Shown: one piece after another, positions 9,391 through 20,160 of the stretch | Numbering within the stretch: position 1 is the stretch's first letter | Layout: every line of letters starts with the position of its first letter | Source of the DNA: Nitrosopumilus sp. | Lineage (GTDB): Archaea > Thermoproteota > Nitrososphaeria > Nitrososphaerales > Nitrosopumilaceae | Direction of reading: 5' to 3' | NCBI GenBank assembly: GCA_965197525.1 | Contig: OZ240211.1 | Span: forward strand, 1,760,001 to 1,824,000 | Length of the DNA stretch: 64,000 bases | Made by a program: the position numbers and the translations under genes | Notes under the pieces: generated by a model | What the model was told of the DNA's origin: nothing | Database searches by the model: none | What the model saw: the letters and a program-made list of their open reading frames with translations, nothing else

Positions 9391-10674
9391 TTGGAACTAC
9401 CACGAGGCATGAAAGATTTTCAAGCAGACGAGAATGCAAACATTGCATATGTTCGCAGCCATTTCGAGCGGCTATCCATTCTGTATGGGTTCTCGTTTAT
9501 GGATCCCTCCCCAATTGAGTTATTGTCAACTCTGGAGACCAAGTCAGGTCCTGGAATCAGAGATGAAATATATTATTTCAAAGACAAAAAAGACCGAGAG
9601 GTAGCGCTACGTTTTGACTTTACGATGGGATTGACACGATATGTTGCTGCTCAAAAATCCCTAAAACTGCCTGCTAAAATATCAGCATTCGGCGGTGTGT
9701 TCCGATACGACGAACCACAAAAAGGCAGATATCGCTACTTTCATCAATGGAATCTTGAGGTATATGGAAAAAAGAGTCTAGAGACTGAAGCTGAGCTAGT
9801 GGAGATGACATCTCGATTATTTGATTCATTACAAATTAAAAATATCACAATTGACATCAATCACAGAAACCTTGTAGAGTCGTACATTAACCAAGTATTT
9901 GATTCAAAAGAGCCAGAGCTGGTAACAGATATTTTACGGGCAATAGACAAAATTGCAAAAAAATCAAAAAAAGATATTCTCGAAGAATTTCAAAAGAAAG
10001 GCTATGATGCAGAAAAACTAGAAAAAATTCTGGCATTCTCTCAGATACACGGAAGTATCTCAGATGTAGAAAGAATGTTCGATACGACACAGCTAGAGTC
10101 TTGGGATCATTTGCGCTCTCTTTTTGATTCCTTGAAGAATCGGCAGGTGTCCAATGTACGGATCAATTTTGGTATTGTACGCGGACTCGATTACTATTCT
10201 GGTATGGTCTTTGAAGTCTTTGAGAATGGCTCTACACTTGGTGCCTTAGCAGGTGGAGGCAGATATGATTCACTGACCAAGGCATTTGACAGAGATGATA
10301 TCAGTGCTGCAGGAGTTGCAGGTGGTGTAGAGAGAATGATTCTTACAATGCAAGAGCAAAAAGTCATTCCAGATACAATGCTAAGACGTGTTGCAGTGTT
10401 GTATGTTAACGAAGAGATGCAAAAAATTGCGCATTCTATTGCATCTGTACTTCGACTACATGGTATCCCCGCTGATATTGACCTGGCAGGACGTAGTATG
10501 AAAAAACAGATGGATATTGCATCTGATGCGCACATGTCAATCATTGTAGGTCCTCAAGAAGTTCAGCATGGAAATGTATTACTACGAGATATGAATAATA
10601 GAACTGAAAGCCCTGTATCATTAAAACAGCTGACAGATGATCCGAGCACCGTTCTTAATTTAAAAAGGCTCTAG
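9391..10674 (+). CDS. hisS: Histidine--tRNA ligase
   Basis: LRFDFT, FRYDEPQKGRYRYFHQ, VRGLDYYSG, GGGRYD motifs. Confidence 0.96.
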   Translation: MELPRGMKDFQADENANIAYVRSHFERLSILYGFSFMDPSPIELLSTLETKSGPGIRDEIYYFKDKKDREVALRFDFTMGLTRYVAAQKSLKLPAKISAFGGVFRYDEPQKGRYRYFHQWNLEVYGKKSLETEAELVEMTSRLFDSLQIKNITIDINHRNLVESYINQVFDSKEPELVTDILRAIDKIAKKSKKDILEEFQKKGYDAEKLEKILAFSQIHGSISDVERMFDTTQLESWDHLRSLFDSLKNRQVSNVRINFGIVRGLDYYSGMVFEVFENGSTLGALAGGGRYDSLTKAFDRDDISAAGVAGGVERMILTMQEQKVIPDTMLRRVAVLYVNEEMQKIAHSIASVLRLHGIPADIDLAGRSMKKQMDIASDAHMSIIVGPQEVQHGNVLLRDMNNRTESPVSLKQLTDDPSTVLNLKRL

Positions 10675-11332
10675 TTAACATCATGATTTCAGGACCTGTA
10701 GTAAGTGAACCTACTACCAAATTATGATTATTTGCTAATATTCCTGATGACACATACGGAATTCCATTGTTAATTGAACTTTGCTCTATCTGTACATCCA
10801 ATAAATTTGCAATAACCTTCATATCTTCCTCGTCTGCCTCTGGATGAATTGCAGCACCCCTGTTATTTGCAACTAGAACCACACCTGTCTGGTTAAACCC
10901 TGCAATCTTTTTTTGAATTACCTCTACTCCTAATACATCTGATATGTTCTGACAATCTTGCTTTGATAACCACGGTGATACAACTGCTCCTTTGTCATTT
11001 GCACATATTACATTTCCCAATGCATTAAATTTGGTGTCCAGCACTCCGATCTCTAAATCTGTTGACTTTTTTAAATAATCATATTCGTTTTGATACGCAG
11101 TGGTAGGCAGTAAAATTCCCTTGTTGTTCATTACAGATAACGCACCAATTAATCGTGTGTTGGCAATTGCTATATAATGAATATCTACCTCAAGGTATTC
11201 TGCCAGCTTGTCTGCCTTGGTCTCTGCAAAGCCCATCGGTACAAGCCCTATGGTATCGTTGACACTTATGTATACCCCAAGATTTGGTCCTCGATACACG
11301 TCGTATTTGATAATATCCATACCATGAATCAT
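10655..11332 (-). CDS. eif6: Translation initiation factor 6 (aIF6)
   Basis: GPNLGVY, ALGNVICANDKGA, TTGPE pentein repeats. Confidence 0.95.
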   Translation of the reverse strand: MIHGMDIIKYDVYRGPNLGVYISVNDTIGLVPMGFAETKADKLAEYLEVDIHYIAIANTRLIGALSVMNNKGILLPTTAYQNEYDYLKKSTDLEIGVLDTKFNALGNVICANDKGAVVSPWLSKQDCQNISDVLGVEVIQKKIAGFNQTGVVLVANNRGAAIHPEADEEDMKVIANLLDVQIEQSSINNGIPYVSSGILANNHNLVVGSLTTGPEIMMLTRAFLN

Positions 11333-11433
11333 AATCCTTTAGCGTTATGAACGTAAGGGATGTGTTGTCTCTACTAATGATGTATCAATATAATATAGAT
11401 ACGACACTGCCTAACTTTAAATAATAACACTGA

Positions 11434-11955
<522 letters not shown>

Positions 11956-12070
11956 TGAAACGACCTCTAATCTAGAGAAATTTTTACCATCTTTATTTTT
12001 TACCTTGTCTTTTACTTTAGTCTCAACTAATTTTCTCTAGATTTAAATAATATTCGAAAATAAGTAAGCC

Positions 12071-12616
12071 ATGGTAGATCTAGTAATACCTGAAGATTTT
12101 TGTCAGCATGACGATCCTAAAGGAAAGACAAGCCACTCCGATGGCGAGAATTTCCATTATATCTGGGGTGACGGAAATCCTGAAGGTGCAGCATTCTCAA
12201 ATGAAGATGTAAAGGCAGCCTATGAAGAAAGAGGCGAAGAACAAGTTCCTCTTGGTATTCACGGCACTACAGTTGCCGTCGACTGGGATTCATGCGTTGC
12301 AGCTGGTTCATGTATGAGTGTATGCCCTGTTCAGACATTCCAATGGTTCAGAACCGAAAAAGATATTCCTGCAGCAGATTGTATGGGGGAGACTTTTGAT
12401 GGTACTGGCTTGACAGAACAAGACGAAAGATTAGATTATACAGACAAATCACAACCAATCAGAGAACACGATTGTACTGTTTGTATGGCTTGTCAAGAAA
12501 TCTGTCCTGAAGGAGCTATTCTTATTGAATCAGCCAACCAGGAATGGCACGAGAAAGCAGCCGGAACATATGTACTTATGCCATCTGGTTCTTCAAATCC
12601 ACACGCACACGATTAA
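12071..12616 (+). CDS. Dicluster ferredoxin paralog
   Basis: CVAAGSCMSVCP and CTVCMACQEICP; clearly similar to the upstream gene. Confidence 0.9.
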   Translation: MVDLVIPEDFCQHDDPKGKTSHSDGENFHYIWGDGNPEGAAFSNEDVKAAYEERGEEQVPLGIHGTTVAVDWDSCVAAGSCMSVCPVQTFQWFRTEKDIPAADCMGETFDGTGLTEQDERLDYTDKSQPIREHDCTVCMACQEICPEGAILIESANQEWHEKAAGTYVLMPSGSSNPHAHD

Positions 12617-12689
12617 AGAATTTTTTCTTTTTTCTCATTTTTTTGTTCCATGTCAACAAATTTTAATCACATCATTATCCAGTAATATT

Positions 12690-12773
12690 GCAGAGGTCGC
12701 CTAGCTCGGTAGGGCGCGGGCCTTGAGAGCCTGTGTGCGCAAGCATACGGGGGTTCAAATCCCTCTCTCTGCG
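12690..12773 (+). tRNA. tRNA-Ser(TGA)
   Basis: GCAGAGG/TCTCTGC acceptor stem; CGGGC-CTTGAGA-GCCTG anticodon arm; long variable arm; GGTTCAAATCC T-arm. Confidence 0.92.
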
Positions 12774-12774
12774 T

Positions 12775-13728
12775 TTAATCTTTAATATTTGCAATCTCAG
12801 CTAACATTGCAGATAACTGAATCTCGTAGTTTGCGCCAACTAAAATTCTATAGTCATACTTTGCAATTACTTGGAGCATATCTGACGTCCTGTTATCTTT
12901 TAGTTTGAAAACTGCCGCATTAACATACTTGAGAAAATCAGATTCTGACATTCCATACACTCTGATTAATTCTATCATCTTCTCTCTTGCATCTGATACC
13001 TTTCCTTCTAGCGCCATCTTGAGAATATTGTCCACATCACCGGTCTTTGTCAATCCAGCTGACGCTTGTACATTTGCTTGTGTAATTTCACCAAGACTTG
13101 CCACTGCCTGCATCAGGTTAATTGCATGCCTTAGATCACCTTGGGAGTAGTTGTAGACTGCCTTCATACCCTTCTTGTCAAATTTTACCTTTTCTTTTTT
13201 GGCAATAGTCTCTAATCTGCTAATGACGTCCTCTTCTGAAATTGATGTAAATTTGAATGTGGCACATCTGCTCTGGATGGGGTCGATAATCTTTGCTATA
13301 TTATTTGCAATAAAGATAAATCTGCAGATTTTTGCAGTATCCTCTATTATCCGTCTTAGGGCAGTCTGTGCATCTGATGTCATCTCATCTGCCTCATCTA
13401 AAATAATTATCTTGAATGGAATTTTACTCATTCCTGCAAACCTTGAGAATTTTTTTACCTTTTCTCTGACCATTCCAATTCCTCTGTCATCTGATGCGTT
13501 CAGTTCCAGTGTGTAATCTCGTGCGTGCTCGCCTAAAATCTGTCTAGTTATACATAATGCAGTGGTGGTTTTTCCTACTCCTGCAGAACCTGAGAACATC
13601 AGATGTGGCATATCTGATGGGTCTTTGATTAGAGCCTCCAAACTACCAATTATCTCTCCTTGGTTTACAACGTCTGCAAGTTTCTGTGGTCTGTACTTTT
13701 CTACCCACATACCTGTCTTAACTGACAT
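12775..13728 (-). CDS. rfcS: Replication factor C small subunit
   Basis: WVEKYRP, GSAGVGKTT, ELNASDDRG, LDEADEMT, SRC motif. Confidence 0.96.
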   Translation of the reverse strand: MSVKTGMWVEKYRPQKLADVVNQGEIIGSLEALIKDPSDMPHLMFSGSAGVGKTTTALCITRQILGEHARDYTLELNASDDRGIGMVREKVKKFSRFAGMSKIPFKIIILDEADEMTSDAQTALRRIIEDTAKICRFIFIANNIAKIIDPIQSRCATFKFTSISEEDVISRLETIAKKEKVKFDKKGMKAVYNYSQGDLRHAINLMQAVASLGEITQANVQASAGLTKTGDVDNILKMALEGKVSDAREKMIELIRVYGMSESDFLKYVNAAVFKLKDNRTSDMLQVIAKYDYRILVGANYEIQLSAMLAEIANIKD

Positions 13729-14099
13729 GTTTTTCTAGGTATACTACCCATTAATAAATCCGAATTGGGTATTTGCCATGTAAAATAACAATCTCAAATT
13801 CGTCTTCTTGTAATGATCCTTTCTTGCTTTGTTTTTTCATGCTGTTGCTGCTGTTTCAAGGTTTTTTTACACCTCGCACAAATCTGAATTTTAACTTGGT
13901 AGTGGCAGATGCCTTTTTGCAAATCCTTTATGTTACCGTATAGCATTGTACCGTATAGTACGGTACCTTTATAGTATATGTTGGTATAATAAAGTTATGA
14001 CATCCGCTATAACTTTTGATATTCAAATTCAAAATTACCTAGTAGTTTGTTTACTAAAATTGATTGTGTCGTTGTTTTATTCATCACAGGAAATAGACC

Positions 14100-14633
14100 A
14101 TGGATATTGAGAAGACAGAAAAGATCCATTCTATTGGATATCACCTAAAGGATGCCAAAGTTACAGTTAATCAGGATTTCAAATACGATGTTGCAGGAAC
14201 AAAGATTGAGGGCAAACAAGGTGAGGTAAATAATATGCCTCAATGGATAGGCAAAATTCTCCATGATAATAATCTAGGGGTATTATCATCGCCTGACATG
14301 ATAACTGAATTAAAACAAGCACTGCAAAAAGAAAAGATGGTAGGCGAATACCAAATATCTACACTTGATCCACATTTTTACATCAAGCTGCGAGAGACCC
14401 TAAAAGAACTACATCGTGATGATTTTGATAAAGTTGAAAGTATGATGTTAGAGCTCTTTCGAATGCGAAGAGGTAAACTAGTAAAGCTGGCAGATACCCT
14501 TAAACTAAATTCCGAGTTGTACAGGAAACTAACTGTTGAGGAGAGTATATTTTACAAAACAATGCATGATAACAGTACAGAATTTGAAAAACAAATAAGA
14601 GGAGATCTAAATGAGCACCGTTCAAGTAAGTGA
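14100..14633 (+). CDS. GINS complex subunit (Gins23-like)
   Basis: Directly upstream of and overlapping mcm; MPQWIG B-domain and LTVEE A-domain motifs. Confidence 0.75.
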   Translation: MDIEKTEKIHSIGYHLKDAKVTVNQDFKYDVAGTKIEGKQGEVNNMPQWIGKILHDNNLGVLSSPDMITELKQALQKEKMVGEYQISTLDPHFYIKLRETLKELHRDDFDKVESMMLELFRMRRGKLVKLADTLKLNSELYRKLTVEESIFYKTMHDNSTEFEKQIRGDLNEHRSSK

Positions 14634-16713
14634 CAACAACAACAATAACTTTACTGATTCTGCATTATCTGATAGAGTAAAAGAGTTTCTTACCAGATTC
14701 AAAGACAAAGACGGTAACTACAAGTATGTGGATGCAATCGATAGGATGATGCCAAATAATGCAAAATTCATCATTGTTGATTACAACGATCTAATCATAG
14801 AACCACAAATTGAGACTATATTTTCTGAAGATCCTGATAGAATGTTCAATGCTTTCTCAAGGGCAATCAAAGAAGCGTTGCAGATTCGATTTCCTGACTA
14901 TGCCAAAAAGGTCAAAGACGAGATTCGTGTAAGATTAATCAACTTTCCACTAGAGCGTAGTTTGCGGCAAATAACTGCTGATACTATAGGCCACATCACT
15001 AGTGTTTCAGGAATGGTAGTCAGGGCATCAGAGGTAAAACCACTTGCAAAGGAACTGATCTATGTATGTCCTGATCAACATCCGACCAAAGTTGTTCAGA
15101 TCAAAGGCATGGATGTAAAAATCCCATTAATCTGTGATAATCCTAACTGTAAGCACAGGGATTTTGAATTAAAACCAGAGGCAAGCAAGTTTATCGACTT
15201 TCAAATACTCAGATTGCAAGAACTGCCTGAAGACTTGCCTCCTGGACAACTGCCTCATTATATCGATGTTACAATAAGACAGGACTTGGTTGATAACTCT
15301 AGGCCTGGTGATAGAATCATTCTTACAGGCGTGGTACGAGTAGAGCAAGAGTCAGTCCAAGGAGTTCAACGAGGCCATAGTGGGTTATATCGATTAAGGA
15401 TTGAGGGGAACAATATCGAATTTCTTAGTGGACGTGGCCTGAAGACTGGTAAAAAGATAGGCAGAGAGGAGATCTCACCTGAAGAAGAGAAAGCAATTCG
15501 TACTCTGGCTCAAAGTCCAGAGGTCTATCAAAAACTAGTTGACTCATTTGCTCCTCACATCAGAGGCCAAGAACTTATCAAAGAATCAATCTTGTTACTG
15601 ATTGTTGGCTCAAATCAGAGACTGCTGGGTGACGGCAGCAAGATTCGAGGTGATATCAACATATTTCTAGTAGGAGATCCCGGTACTGCAAAAAGTGAGA
15701 TGCTGAAATTCTGTGCAAGAATTGCTCCTCGAGGTTTGTACACTTCTGGTAGGGGTTCGACTGCAGCCGGACTGACTGCTGCTGTGGTTCGAGACAAAAC
15801 AGGAATTATGATGCTTGAGGCAGGTGCAGTAGTGTTAGGCGATCAAGGTCTAGTAAGTATAGATGAATTTGACAAGATGAAACCAGAAGACAGAAGTGCA
15901 CTCCATGAAGTTATGGAGCAACAGTCAGCTAGTATTGCAAAAGGAGGCATCGTGGCCACTCTGAATGCACGAACATCCATTTTAGCAGCTGCCAATCCGA
16001 TGTATGGAAAATATGATCCGTTTAAAAATATCACAGAGAATGTAAATCTGCCAATTCCACTGCTTACGAGATTTGACTTGATCTTTGTTGTCAGAGATAT
16101 TCCCTCCAGAGAGAAGGATGAGAACATTGCAAGACACATAATAGCACTACACACACCTCAAGGCACCGACAGAAAATCCATAATCGATATAGATATGCTA
16201 ACCAAATATCTTGCATACGCAAAACGTTCTACTCCTTCATTGACCAAAGAAGCTGAAGAGAAGATATTGGATTATTATTTGAAGATGAGAAAGGTTGATG
16301 AAGAATCAATGATTACAGTTACCCCTAGACAGTTAGAGGGAATAATTCGTCTATCCACTGCAAGGGCACGATTACTGATGAAAGACAAAGTCGAAGAAGA
16401 GGATGCAGAGCGCGCAATATTCCTAATTCAAAGCATGCTCAATGATGCTGGTGTTGATGTTAATACTGGAAAAGTTGATCTCGGAGTATTACAAGGAAGA
16501 CCACACAGTGAGGTCACAAAGATACAGCTATTCATGAATATCCTCCAAGGCCTTGAAGGAGATCACAAGGCACCGGTAGATGAGAAAGTACTTGTAAAAG
16601 AACTTGTAAAGAGCGAAAAATTCACAGAGGACCAAGCTCGTGAATACATTAGGCGAATTCATAAAGACGGAACTATTTATGAGTCAAAACCAAACCACTA
16701 TAACAGAACATGA
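14611..16713 (+). CDS. mcm: MCM replicative helicase
   Basis: GDPGTAKSE Walker A, IDEFDKM Walker B, LTRFD Arg finger, C4 zinc motif; no intein. Confidence 0.97.
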   Translation: MSTVQVSDNNNNNFTDSALSDRVKEFLTRFKDKDGNYKYVDAIDRMMPNNAKFIIVDYNDLIIEPQIETIFSEDPDRMFNAFSRAIKEALQIRFPDYAKKVKDEIRVRLINFPLERSLRQITADTIGHITSVSGMVVRASEVKPLAKELIYVCPDQHPTKVVQIKGMDVKIPLICDNPNCKHRDFELKPEASKFIDFQILRLQELPEDLPPGQLPHYIDVTIRQDLVDNSRPGDRIILTGVVRVEQESVQGVQRGHSGLYRLRIEGNNIEFLSGRGLKTGKKIGREEISPEEEKAIRTLAQSPEVYQKLVDSFAPHIRGQELIKESILLLIVGSNQRLLGDGSKIRGDINIFLVGDPGTAKSEMLKFCARIAPRGLYTSGRGSTAAGLTAAVVRDKTGIMMLEAGAVVLGDQGLVSIDEFDKMKPEDRSALHEVMEQQSASIAKGGIVATLNARTSILAAANPMYGKYDPFKNITENVNLPIPLLTRFDLIFVVRDIPSREKDENIARHIIALHTPQGTDRKSIIDIDMLTKYLAYAKRSTPSLTKEAEEKILDYYLKMRKVDEESMITVTPRQLEGIIRLSTARARLLMKDKVEEEDAERAIFLIQSMLNDAGVDVNTGKVDLGVLQGRPHSEVTKIQLFMNILQGLEGDHKAPVDEKVLVKELVKSEKFTEDQAREYIRRIHKDGTIYESKPNHYNRT

Positions 16714-18866
16714 AAATAAAGAGACTAGCACTACCTAGTACGGCAGTTGATTTTTTACTATCGCAAGGTTTTCAAGAGTTGTATCCTCCTCAGGCAGACA
16801 GTGTCAAGTCTGGACTTTTAAATGGACAGAGTCTCATGGTGTCTGCTCCTACTGCAAGCGGAAAGACGCTGATTGCAATGCTTGCAATACTTGGTTTTTT
16901 GTCAGGGCGTTCCTCAAAAAAGGACTCTGATGGAAACTATGGCAAAGTTGTTTATCTTAGCCCATTACGCGCGCTAGCTGCTGAAAAGTTTGCCGAGTTT
17001 AAAAAATTAGAGAAACTTGATTTAAAAAACAAGGCCAAAGTTGCAATCTCAACTGGTGATTTTGAGAATATTGAAAGAAAGTTACAAAATAGCAACATAT
17101 TGGTTTTAACCAATGAAAAAATGGACTCTATTATCAGGCATAACACTTCATGGATTGAAGATATCAGGCTTGTGATCTCAGATGAGATACATCTCATAGG
17201 GGACGAGACTCGAGGCCCTACACTTGAGATGATACTCACACAACTCAAACTACTAGATACAAGACCTCAGATCGTAGGTCTTAGTGCAACAATTACCAAC
17301 TCTAACAAGATAGCTACATGGCTTGGCTGTAAACTAGTCAAAAGTGATTGGAGACCTGTCCCGCTATTTGAAGGCGTATGTAGCGGAGGTACAGTCAAGA
17401 TGAGTGATGGCACCACATTTCCAGTAAAATCCACACTGCAAGGCATGCCTGTTGATTTGGGAGTGCAATCAGTAAAACAAGGAGGCCAATCCCTGATCTT
17501 TGCATCGACTCGACCCAGATCTAAATCTCTTGCAACCAAGGCATCTAGTGGGATATCCTCTACACTTGACGAAAACGAAACTGTTCTGCTATCTAACATC
17601 TCTAAAAAAATCCTTGCTGATAATGAACATACAGAGACTGTTAAAACTCTGGCATTACTTGTAACAAAGGGAGTTGCATTTCATCATGCAGGATTAAATC
17701 AAAAATGCAGGGAAATAATTGAGATAGAATTTCGTAAAGGAACACTAAAATTGTTAGCATCTACACCTACTTTGGCTGCAGGTGTAAATCTTCCTGCAAG
17801 ACGGGTTGTTATATCTACCATTAGTAGATACGATGTCAAAGCTGGCATAAATGCCCCTATCAGTGTTCTAGAATACAAGCAATTGTGTGGACGTGCGGGC
17901 AGGCCACAATATGATGATTATGGAGAATCAATCATTGTTGCAGGAACAAGACCTGTAAGCCATTTAATGAAATACTACATTAACGGAAAAGCAGAGCCAG
18001 TCGAATCTAAAATTTTTGAGGATAAATCCCTGCGCACTCACACACTCAGTGTAATAGTCACACACCCCGGAATTAAAAAAGATGAAATTTTGGAATTTTT
18101 TTTGCAGACATTTGGTGGTACTCAATCACGCAAATCTACACTAAAGTTTGCAGTCAACTTGTCCTTGCGTTTTTTGTCTTCTTCTGGCTTAATACTTGAA
18201 AAAGGTTCAAGGTACGCTGCCACCAGATTTGGAAAAAAGACATCCATGCTGTACATTGATCCCTTGACAGCTACCGAGTTCCGAGATGCCCTGAGTACGG
18301 TATCCTCAAAACAAAGACATACGCTGGGATTCTTGCACCTCATTACAGGATGTAGTGAGTTTTTTCCTAAATTTGGACTCAGAGAACGAGATTATGATAC
18401 TGCTAGTGTCCTCATAGAGAATCATCGCATAGAACAGATAGGACTCATATCAGAGTATGACTGTTCTCGAAGTCTGTTGGCTCTATATGCGTGGATTACT
18501 GAATCAAGTGAGGTATTCCTTGCCGATACCTTGGGTATCGAGTCAGGTGACATGCATAGAATGACTGAAAACGCTAACTGGCTTTTATACTGTCTTCGAG
18601 AGATAGCAAAATACACCAAAAAAACAGAGTTGCTTGACGAGTTTGATGATTTACAGAAACGGGTATCTTATGGCGTCAAAGAAGAGCTAGTTGATCTAGT
18701 ACGAGTCAAAGGGATAGGAAGGGTTAGGTCTAGGATTCTCTTCAAACACGGAATACGTGATCTTGATATTTTACGAAAAGTTCCTGTCAGCAGGTTGGCC
18801 AAGATTGACAAAATTGGCTCGACTATTGCAGCTAATATAAAAGCAGAATTACGAAAGGTTAGGTAA
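16710..18866 (+). CDS. hel308: Hel308/Hjm SF2 DNA helicase
   Basis: APTASGKT, DEIH, FHHAGL, TLAAGVNLPA, GRAGRP, C-terminal HhH. Confidence 0.93.
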   Translation: MKIKRLALPSTAVDFLLSQGFQELYPPQADSVKSGLLNGQSLMVSAPTASGKTLIAMLAILGFLSGRSSKKDSDGNYGKVVYLSPLRALAAEKFAEFKKLEKLDLKNKAKVAISTGDFENIERKLQNSNILVLTNEKMDSIIRHNTSWIEDIRLVISDEIHLIGDETRGPTLEMILTQLKLLDTRPQIVGLSATITNSNKIATWLGCKLVKSDWRPVPLFEGVCSGGTVKMSDGTTFPVKSTLQGMPVDLGVQSVKQGGQSLIFASTRPRSKSLATKASSGISSTLDENETVLLSNISKKILADNEHTETVKTLALLVTKGVAFHHAGLNQKCREIIEIEFRKGTLKLLASTPTLAAGVNLPARRVVISTISRYDVKAGINAPISVLEYKQLCGRAGRPQYDDYGESIIVAGTRPVSHLMKYYINGKAEPVESKIFEDKSLRTHTLSVIVTHPGIKKDEILEFFLQTFGGTQSRKSTLKFAVNLSLRFLSSSGLILEKGSRYAATRFGKKTSMLYIDPLTATEFRDALSTVSSKQRHTLGFLHLITGCSEFFPKFGLRERDYDTASVLIENHRIEQIGLISEYDCSRSLLALYAWITESSEVFLADTLGIESGDMHRMTENANWLLYCLREIAKYTKKTELLDEFDDLQKRVSYGVKEELVDLVRVKGIGRVRSRILFKHGIRDLDILRKVPVSRLAKIDKIGSTIAANIKAELRKVR

Positions 18867-19859
18867 TTGACCGAGCTCATAATCCCTGCTGTAGTCTCAT
18901 GCACTGTTGCATTTGTTCTAGTATTCTTGATGACACCCAAACTAATCACATTTTTAGAGCAAAGAAATTTTACAGTCAAAGATATAAACAAGAAAGGAGA
19001 CGTCATGGTTGCAAGGCCGGGCGGCCTATCTATCATTGCAGGAATAGTCGCATCAGAGATAGCACTGTATGTGTTTTTACCACTAACTGAAATACTGGCA
19101 GTGACTGCTACAACTTTTGGTGCGTTTGTAGTTGGGTATATTGACGATAGACGAGTAATGGGCGGCTGGTTCAAACCCATTGCATTGGCAATTACTGCAT
19201 TTCCAATCATGCTACTTGGTACATATGACACCAATCTTGCGTTTCCGTTATTTGGAACGGTACAAATTCCTGTGTTGTATATTGGATTGATAGTCGCAAT
19301 GATAGTAATTACTGGAAATACGATTAACTCTATTGATGTTCTAAATGGTGTCGCTAGTAGCTTTATGGTAGTTGCAAGTTTTACTTTATCTATCTGTTTA
19401 TTTATTGTACAAAACTACGAAATTGCAATAATCAGTCTACCGCTTGGTTTTGTCTCACTTGCTTTTTACCGGTATCACAAGAACCCCAGTAGAATCTTCC
19501 CTGGTGATTCAGGAGCGCTGGCATTGGGTGCCATGTATGGTGCCATAGCTATTGTAGGTGGTGTGGAAGTTATTGCAGCTGTGGCTTTGCTACCTGCCAT
19601 CATCAACTCTTTTTTATTTTTGGCAAGTGTCAAAAAAATTGTAGAACATCGACAACTAAAAGTAAAACCAGTAGAACATACTGCAGATTTTAAATTAAAG
19701 GCAACAAACCAAAAGACGCGTGTTACTCTACTTAGATTAATCCTTGCAATATCTGGATCATTAACTGAAAGTCAGGCATGTTATGCGATCTTTCGACTGG
19801 CAATATTTTCTGGAATCTTGGCAGTGATTACCGCATTTATGATAGGTGTGCGCATTTGA
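18867..19859 (+). CDS. MraY/AglH-family UDP-GlcNAc:dolichol-phosphate GlcNAc-1-P transferase
   Basis: Multi-TM protein; GYIDD, NSIDVLNG, IFPGDSG motifs. Confidence 0.9.
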   Translation: MTELIIPAVVSCTVAFVLVFLMTPKLITFLEQRNFTVKDINKKGDVMVARPGGLSIIAGIVASEIALYVFLPLTEILAVTATTFGAFVVGYIDDRRVMGGWFKPIALAITAFPIMLLGTYDTNLAFPLFGTVQIPVLYIGLIVAMIVITGNTINSIDVLNGVASSFMVVASFTLSICLFIVQNYEIAIISLPLGFVSLAFYRYHKNPSRIFPGDSGALALGAMYGAIAIVGGVEVIAAVALLPAIINSFLFLASVKKIVEHRQLKVKPVEHTADFKLKATNQKTRVTLLRLILAISGSLTESQACYAIFRLAIFSGILAVITAFMIGVRI

Positions 19860-20092
19860 AGGCTCGTATCTATCTATTTCTCTTTGCAATGTGGATTCTG
19901 ATACTTTTAGGTGGTGGTATTGCAGTCATGATTCTTGGTCCTATATCATTTTCTGGATTCGGATCTGATTCTGTTGATTTGTATGTTACATCAGTTATCA
20001 AAGCAGTCATAGCTATAGTTCTAGTTATAATCTGGATCTTGATTTTATCGAAACTAAAGAACTGGATCTTTAGAAGAGAGATTGGACACTAA
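19856..20092 (+). CDS. Small two-TM membrane protein
   Basis: Probable TTG start at 19856 overlapping the upstream stop (MKARIYLFLFAMWILILLGGG...); in frame with the listed ORF 19778..20092. Confidence 0.7.
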   Translation: MKARIYLFLFAMWILILLGGGIAVMILGPISFSGFGSDSVDLYVTSVIKAVIAIVLVIIWILILSKLKNWIFRREIGH

Positions 20093-20160
20093 CTGCCATA
20101 CATGAATATCTGTTTCTTATCGTAGTCTTCCCTACTGATCTCTGTGCTATCGTCTGCAAC

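Noticed and set aside
14611-16713. Inteins in MCM or RFC
   Set aside because: Lengths and motif spacing are normal; no splice-junction or LAGLIDADG motifs.
18668-19234. 188-aa minus-strand ORF across hel308 and the MraY-like gene
   Set aside because: Antisense to two well-supported genes, with no recognisable motif.
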